From: Prolixibacteraceae bacterium
Lineage (GTDB): Bacteria > Bacteroidota > Bacteroidia > Bacteroidales > Prolixibacteraceae
Reading direction: 5' to 3'
Length of the DNA stretch: 64,000 nucleotides
NCBI GenBank assembly: GCA_963662895.1
Contig: OY759982.1
Span: forward strand, 414,884-478,883
Shown here piece after piece: positions 42,101 to 51,100 of this stretch. How positions within the stretch are numbered: position 1 is the first letter of the stretch; the number at the start of each line of letters is the position of its first letter. The position numbers and the translations under genes are program-made. Under the pieces are notes generated by a model. It was not told the DNA's origin. It did no database searches and saw only the letters and a list, made by a program, of their open reading frames with translations.

Positions 42101-45100
42101 ATAGCCACGCTTGAAGACTTACAATTTCTTTCGGAAAACAGTGATATATGGGACAAATACTTTATCCAGACAGCCGACATCAATGCCTCCGCAACAACCG
42201 GATGGAACTCCGGCAGCGGCTTTTCTCCCATTGGCAATAGTACAACAAACTTCACCGGGCATTACAACGGCGCCGGGTATATCATCAGCAATTTATACAT
42301 TAACCGTCCCTCGACAAATCGTATTGGCCTGTTCGGATATACCAGCGGTGCAGTAATCGATAGCCTTGGTATTGCTAATTGTGATATCACGGGAGGTGAT
42401 TATCATGTTGGAGGCCTGGTAGGGTATAATTATTCCTCACAGGTAAATAACTGCTACGTTACTGGTAGCATATCCGGCTCAGGCTATTACGTTGGTGGCC
42501 TGCTGGGAACCAATACAGCTTCCTCTGCAGTGGGCTACTGTTATTCCACAGGCAGTGTAAGAGTGTCGCATAGGTATGTAGGTGGCCTGATAGGGTACAA
42601 TAATTTCTCAACAGTAAACTACTGTTATAGCGCGGGCAGTATAACAGGTGCAAGTGCCGGTGGCCTGCTGGGCTACAATTCCGGCACTGTAATCAATTGT
42701 TATTATAACAGCGAAACCAGCGGGCAAAGTAATGGGATTGGCGATGACAACAACAGCCAGTTTGTAACCGGTTTGACCATTGCCCAAATGAAACAGCAAA
42801 GCAGTTTTAGCGGATGGGATTTTACAACCACTTGGGCTATACGGAAAGATAGTACCTATGCTGCTCTGCAGGGGATCAACAATGCCCCTTTTGCTTTTTC
42901 TGACATTGTAGAAGTATCCGTTGGAGATGTGCTGCTCCTTGACACAGTATTGCTAGCCAACGACTGCGATTACGAAACCGGGCAAGCTGCACTTATATAT
43001 AAAATAATAAGCGCAACCTCTGATAACTGTACTATAAACGGCAATATCTATACGTTTAACAATGAAGCAGCAATTGGTTCTTCTGAAACAATAATGTACC
43101 ATGCCGGTGAATTACTGGCTCCGGGTGATACGCTGTGGGGCAATGTCGCCCGGGCAGTACTAAATATCACTACGCCTTCCGGCAACGGGACAGAAAATGA
43201 TCCCTACCAAATTGCCACGCTTAACCATCTTGGCTGGCTCTCTCAGACAAACAGCGCCTGGAACAAATATTTCATCCAAACAGCCGATATTGATGCCTCG
43301 GAAACAACGGAATGGGACACAGGCAGCGGTTTTTCGCCCATCGGCAACCAGACAACGAACTTCACCGGGCAGTATAACGGCAAAGGGCATACCATCACAG
43401 GGCTGTACATCAACCGTCCGTCAACCGATTATACCGGGCTGTTCGGACACACCTCCAATGGCACAGTAATCGACAGCCTTGGAATTGCGAATTGCGATAT
43501 TACGGGAAATTCCCGTGTTGGCGGCCTGGTAGGGCTCAGTTATACCTCCTGTACAATAAGCAACTGCTATGTCACCGGTAGCGTAACAGGCTCAGTCAAT
43601 TACGTTGGCGGCCTGGCAGGGTACAATTACGAAGCAACGGTAAGCAACAGCCATGCCATATGCAGTGTAACGGGCAGTTCTTATGTCGGTGGCCTGGTGG
43701 GGCACAATTACCCCTCTTCGACAATAAGCTATAGCTATGCCACCGGCAGTGTAACCGGCTCGGGCGAAAAAACCGGCGGCCTGGCGGGGTGCAATAAATC
43801 CTCGGAGATAAATAACTGCTACGCCACAGGCAGTGTAGCAGGAGCACACGATTATGTTGGGGGACTGGTGGGGCACAATTACGAAGCAACAGAAAGCAAC
43901 TGCTATGCCACCGGCAGCGTGACAGGGGAAGGCAGTTATACCGGCGGCCTGGTGGGGCGCAGTACCGATTCCCGGGTAAACTATTGTTATTCCACCGGCC
44001 TTGTAACCGGTTCCGGCAGCTCCGTTGGCGGCCTGGTGGGCGACAATTACCCTTATCTTGGCACCTCCACGGTAAGCAGTTGTTACTGGGATACCCAAAC
44101 CAGCGGGCAAAGTTCAAGCGATGGCGGTACTGGTTTAACCACCGCCCAAATGAAACAACAGGCACAACTGGTTGGGTTCGATTTTACAACCACCTGGGCA
44201 ATACGCGAAGACAATACCTATGCCGCCATGCAGGGGCTTAACAACGCACCCATTGCCTTTGCCGACAGCATAGTAGTATATGGCGGCGTTTTACAACTCG
44301 ACACAATGTTAACCAACGATTATGATTATGAAACCGGGCAAAGCTCACTTGTATATCAAATAATAAGCGCTGCCTCGAACAATGGCAGCATAAACGGAAA
44401 TGTCTTCATATTTAGTAGTAGTGCACTTATTGGTTCAACCGATACAATCGTGTACCGTGCAGGTGAAATCCTGGCCCCGGGCGATACCCTGTGGGGCAAC
44501 ACGGCACAGGCTGTGTTATATTACAGACCTTATGAAATAACCACGCTTGAAGATTTAAAACTTCTTTCAGAAAACAGCGTTTACTGGGATAAGTGTTTTA
44601 TCCAGACCACCGATATCGATGCCTCCGCAACAACCGGATGGAACTCCGGCAGCGGCTTTTCTCCCATCGGGAATAGTACAACAAACTTTACCGGGCATTA
44701 TAACGGCGCCGGGCATACCATCACCGGTTTGTATATTAACAGTCCTTCAACCGATGTCGGACTGTTTGGCTATACCAACGGGGCTGTGATCGACAGCCTC
44801 GGTATTGCTAATTGCGATATTACGGGAGATTCGGGAAATAAAAATGTCGGAGGCCTGGTGGGATATACTCTCTCCTCGGAAGTGAATAACTGCTATGTAA
44901 CCGGCTATGTAACCGGGGCAGGAATCAGTACCGGTGGCCTGACAGGGTGCAACAAATCCTCTGAAATGAATAACTGTTATACTGCCGTTATTGTAACCGG
45001 GGCAAATGAATACGTTGGCGGCCTGGTGGGGCACAACTCCAACGCAACGGAAAACAACTGCTATGCTACCGGCAACGTAACAGGCTCAGACGGTTATACC

Positions 45101-48100
45101 GGCGGTTTAGTGGGGCGCAGTACCGATTCTGAGGTAAATAACTGCTATGCTACCGGCCAGGTAACCGGTTCCGGGAGTTCCGTTGGTGGCTTGGTGGGGA
45201 ATAATTATAATTTCTCAGGAGTTTCGACGATAAATAGCAGCTATTATAACAGTGAAACCAGCGGGCAAAGCAATGGGATTGGCGGGGACAACAATAGCCA
45301 GAGTGTAACCGGACTGACCACTGCCGAAATGAAACAGCAAAACAGTTTCAGCAACTGGGATTTTGATAATACCTGGGAAATAACCAACGGGAAAACCTTT
45401 CCCCGTTTGCGCAATGTGTACGATTACCCGGTGATTTTGTCAAAAGCACCGGTCACAATACAAAAAGGCGCCCTTTACACCGGTACCATACCGGCAGTAC
45501 CCATGGATTATGAAATACAGCTTATCTTAACAGATTCCCCTGAGGGTATGGCCGTTCAGGACGGTTCCCTTATTACCTGGACACCGGGCAATACAGGTAC
45601 ATATACCTATACCGTACAGATAAAAGACACGGAAGGGGCAACCACAGGATGCACCTATACAATTGTTGTTACTATTGCAGGTTCGGGGACAAGCGAAAAC
45701 CCTTATGAAATTGCCACCCTTGAAGATTTAAAATTTCTTTCGGAAAACAGCGCTTACTGGGGCAGCTATTTCATACAGGCTGCTGATATTGATGCTTCCG
45801 CGACAACCGGATGGAACTTCGGCAGCGGCTTTTCTCCCATAGGCAATGATACAACAAACTTCACCGGGCATTACAACGGCGCCGGGTATATCATCAGCAA
45901 TTTATACATTAACCGTCCCTCGACAAATCGTATTGGCCTGTTCGGATATACCAGCGGTGCAGTAATCGATAGCCTTGGTATTGCTAATTGTGATATCACG
46001 GGAGGTGATTACCATGTTGGCGGCCTGGCAGGGTATAATTATTCCTCACAGGTAAATAACTGCTACGTCACAGGTAACGTATCAGGGAAAACTTATGTTG
46101 GCGGCCTGCTGGGAACCAATACGGCTTCCTCTGCAGTGGGCAACTGTTACAGTACGTGCAACGTGACAGGGTCTAACCATTCCGGCGGCCTGGCAGGGTA
46201 CAATAATTCCTCAGCAGTAAACTACTGTTACAGCACAGGCAGCATAACAGGTTCAAATGCCGGTGGCCTGCTGGGCTACAATTCAGGCACTGTCAGCAAC
46301 TGCTATTATAACAGCGAAACCAGCGGGCAAAGTAGCGGTATTGGCAGTGACAACAACAGCCAGAGTGTAACCGGGCTTACCACCATCCAAATGAAACAGC
46401 AAAACAGTTTCAGCAACTGGGATTTTGATGCTATCTGGGAAATAACCAACGGGAAAACCTTTCCCCGTTTACGTAATGTGTACGATTACCCGGTAGTTTT
46501 ACCCAAAAAGCCTGCAACAGTACAAACAGGCTCCCTGTACACCGACACAATATCGGCAATACCTATGGATTATGAAATACAGCTTACGTTAACAGATTAT
46601 CCCGCGGGTATGGCCGTTCAGGACGGTTCCCTTATTACCTGGACACCGGGCAACACAGGTACATATACCTATACCGTACAGATAAAAGACACGGAAGGGG
46701 CAACCACAGGATGCACCTATACAATTGTTGTTACTATTGCAGGTTCGGGGACAAGCGAAAACCCTTATGAAATTGCCACCCTTGAAGATTTAAAATTTCT
46801 TTCGGAAAACAGCGCTTACTGGGGCAGCTATTTTATCCAGACAGCCAATATCGATGCATCCGCAACGGCGGGATGGAACTTCGGCAGCGGCTTTTCTCCC
46901 ATAGGCAATGATACAACAAACTTCACCGGGCATTACAACGGCGCCGGGTATATCATCAGCAATTTATACATTAACCGTCCCTCGACAAATCGTATTGGCC
47001 TGTTCGGATATACCAGCGGTGCAGTAATCGATAGCCTTGGTATTGCTAATTGTGATATCACGGGAGGTGATTACTATGTTGGCGGCCTGGCAGGGTATAA
47101 TTATTCCTCACAGGTAAATAACTGCTACGTCACAGGTAACGTATCAGGGAAAACTTATGTTGGCGGCCTGCTGGGAACCAATACGGCTTCCTCTGCAGTG
47201 GGCAACTGTTACAGTACGTGCAACGTGACAGGGTCTAACCATTCCGGCGGCCTGGCAGGGTACAATAATTCCTCAGCAGTAAACTACTGTTACAGCACAG
47301 GCAGCATAACAGGTTCAAATGCCGGTGGCCTGCTGGGCTACAATTCAGGCACTGTCAGCAACTGCTATTATAACAGCGAAACCAGCGGGCAAAGTAATGG
47401 GATTGGCGATGACAACAACAGCCAGTTCGTAACCGGTTTGACCACGGCCCAAATGAAACAGCAAAACAGTTTTAGCGGATGGGATTTTGATAATACCTGG
47501 GAAATAACCAATGGGAAAACCTTTCCCCGCTTGCGCAATGTGTACGATTACCCGGTAATTTTGTCAAAAGCAACAATCACAATACAAAAAGGTGTCCTCT
47601 ACAGTACCATACCGGCAGTACAGATGGATTATGAAATACAGCTTACCTTAACAGACTATCCTGCGGGTATGGTAGTTCAGGACGATTCCCTTATTATCTG
47701 GACACCGGGCAACACAGGTACCTACACCTTTACCGTACGGGTTGAAGACACCGAAGGGGCAACAACAGAATGCAGTTATACAATTAAAGTCATCTATTTC
47801 CCGACGGCAGGTGCCGGGACAAAAGAAAACCCTTTTGAAATAGCAACACTTGAAGACTTACAATTTTTTTCGGAAAACAGTGACGTCTGGGGCAGCTATT
47901 TTATCCAAACCGCCGATATCGATGCCTCTGCAACAACGGAATGGAACGGCGGCAGCGGCTTTTCTCCCATCGGGAATAGTACAACAAACTTTACCGGGCA
48001 TTATAACGGCGCCGGGCATATTATCAGCAATTTATACATCAACCGTCCATCCACGGATAACATCGGTTTGTTCGGTTATACCAATGGTGCTGAAATCGAC

Positions 48101-51100
48101 AGCCTCGGTATTGCTGATTGCAATATCACAGGGAAATCTTATACCGGAGGCTTAACAGGAAGAGATAACAATTCTGCCATTACAAACAGTTATGTAGCGG
48201 GAACGGTGTCAGGAACAGATCAGGTTGGCGGGCTAATAGGATATACGGAAAATACAACCATTACCAACAGTTATGCAACAGGAACGGTATCGGGTAATAA
48301 TTATGTTGGCGGTTTGACCGGACAGAACAGGGTTTCTTCAACCATTACCAACTGCTATTCCGCCGCAAATGTATCGGGACATAGTGTGACCGGCGGCCTG
48401 GTGGGGTATAATGTTGCATCATCGGCCATCAGTAATAGTTACGCCACCGGCAGTGTTTTAGGGTCAGGTAGTAAAATAGGCGGCTTGGTGGGGCATAATA
48501 ACTCCTCTACTGTCAGCAACTGCTATTATAACAGCGAAACCAGCGGGCAAAGTAATGGGATTGGCGATGACAACAACAGCCAGTTCGTAACCGGTTTGAC
48601 CACGGCCCAAATGAAACAGCAAAACAGTTTTAGCGGATGGGATTTTGATAATACCTGGGAAATAACCAATGGGAAAACCTTTCCCCGCTTGCGCAATGTG
48701 TACGATTACCCGGTAATTTTGTCAAAAGCAACAATCACAATACAAAAAGGTGTCCTCTACAGTACCATACCGGCAGTACAGATGGATTATGAAATACAGC
48801 TTACCTTAACAGACTATCCTGCGGGTATGGTAGTTCAGGACGATTCCCTTATTATCTGGACACCGGGCAACACAGGTACCTACACCTTTACCGTACGGGT
48901 TGAAGACACCGAAGGGGCAACAACAGAATGCAGTTATACAATTAAAGTCATCTATTTCCCGACGGCAGGTGCCGGGACAAAAGAAAACCCTTTTGAAATA
49001 GCAACACTTGAAGACTTACAATTTTTTTCGGAAAACAGTGACGTCTGGGGCAGCTATTTTATCCAAACCGCCGATATCGATGCCTCTGCAACAACGGAAT
49101 GGAACGGCGGCAGCGGCTTTTCTCCCATCGGGAATAGTACAACAAACTTTACCGGGCATTATAACGGCGCCGGGCATACCATCACCGGTTTGTATATTAA
49201 CAGTCCTTCAACCGATGTCGGACTGTTTGGCTATACCAACGGGGCTGTAATCGACAGCCTCGGTTTGGTAAATTGCGATATTACCGGGGATGATTACGTT
49301 GGCGGCCTTGTGGGGCACAATTCTTCCTCTTCCACGGTGAACAACAGCTACAGTACAGGTAATGTTTCGAGTTCTTCTTTTTGGGGTGCTGGTGGCCTTG
49401 TGGGGTGCAATTCCTCCTCCACGGTGAGCAACTCTTACAGCACAGTCAGCGTTTTGGGAGATGAGGATGTCGGTGGCCTGGTAGGATTTAATAATGATGA
49501 ATCCACGGTGAGCAACAGCTACAGTACTGGTAATGTTTTGGGTTCTTCTTATGTCGGCGGCTTCGTGGGGTACAATGAAGCATCATCGGCCATCTGCAAT
49601 AGTTACTCCACCGGCAGTGTTTCAGGGTCAGGGACTAAAATAGGTGGTCTGGTGGGGGATAACTCTTCAACTGTGAGCAAATGTTTTTTTAACAGCGAAA
49701 CCAGCGGACAGGACAAGGGTATTGGTTACCATTCCGGAGATGTTACAGGGTTGACCACTGCCCAAATGAAACAGCAAAGCAGTTTCAGCGGCTGGGATTT
49801 TGACAATACTTGGGAAATAACCAACGGGAAAACTTTTCCCTGCTTACGCAATGTGTACGATTACCCGGTAATAGTGCAAAAAGCAACAACCACAATACAA
49901 AAGGGAACCCTCTATACCGCTATCCCCGCAGTGCAGATGGATTATGAAATACAGCTTACGTTAACAGATTACCCGGAAGGTATGGCCGTTCAGGACGGTT
50001 CCCTTATTACCTGGACACCGGGCAACACAGGTACATATACCTATACCGTACAGATAAAAGACACGGAAGGGGCAACCACAGGATGCACCTATACAATTGT
50101 TGTTACTATTGCAGGTTCGGGGACAAGCGAAAACCCTTTTGAAATAGCCACGCTTGAAGACTTACAATTTCTTTCGGGAAACAGCAGTTACTGGAACAAA
50201 CATTTCATCCAGACAGCCGATATCGACGCCTCCGCAACGTCAGGCTGGAACGATGGCAGTGGCTTTTCGCCCATTGGTAATAGTACAACGAAATTCACCG
50301 GGCAATATAATGGCGCCGGGCATATTATCAGCAATTTATACATTAACAGTCCTTCAACAGACTATGTCGGGCTGTTTGGCTATACCAACGGGGCCGTAAT
50401 CGACAGCCTTGGTGTTGTCGGTTGTGATGTTAAGGGGCATGAGTATGTAGGTGGTTTAGTGGCATATAATTGTGAGGCTTCGACGGTCAGTAATTGTTAT
50501 GTAATTGGCGAGGTTACCGGCATTTATAGGATTATTGGTGGTTTGATCGGGCGAAATAGGTACAATGCCACGGTAAGTAACTGTTACGCCGCTGTTAGTG
50601 TTTCAGGACCCGAGCGGGTTGGCGGCTTAGTTGGGGACAGTTACGATTTGTCTGTCATAAGGAACTGTTACGCCACCGGTAATGTAATAACTTCAGGGAG
50701 TTACAACGGTGGCTTAATAGGGCTTAATTCCGCTTCTACGGTAAACGCCTGCTACAGTACCGGCAACGTGACTGGCAGTTCATCCATTGGCTGCCTGATC
50801 GGTTACAATTATGCCAATTCTACGGTAACCAATTGTTATTATAATAGCGAAACCGGAGCTATAAGCGAAGGGGTCGGCACAAATCTGGGTACGGATATCG
50901 TAACCGGGCTTACCACCGCCCAAATGCAAACCGCGGGCATCTTTATCAATACCGGCTGGAAATTTGCTGCCGAAGACAGCACGTGGGCGCTCAACGGGAC
51001 CGACAACAACGGCTACCCCTTCCTGCGCTGGCAGGGCAAGCCTGGCAATATCTGGCTCGGAACCAATTCTACAGCCTGGGAAACCGCTGCCAACTGGAGT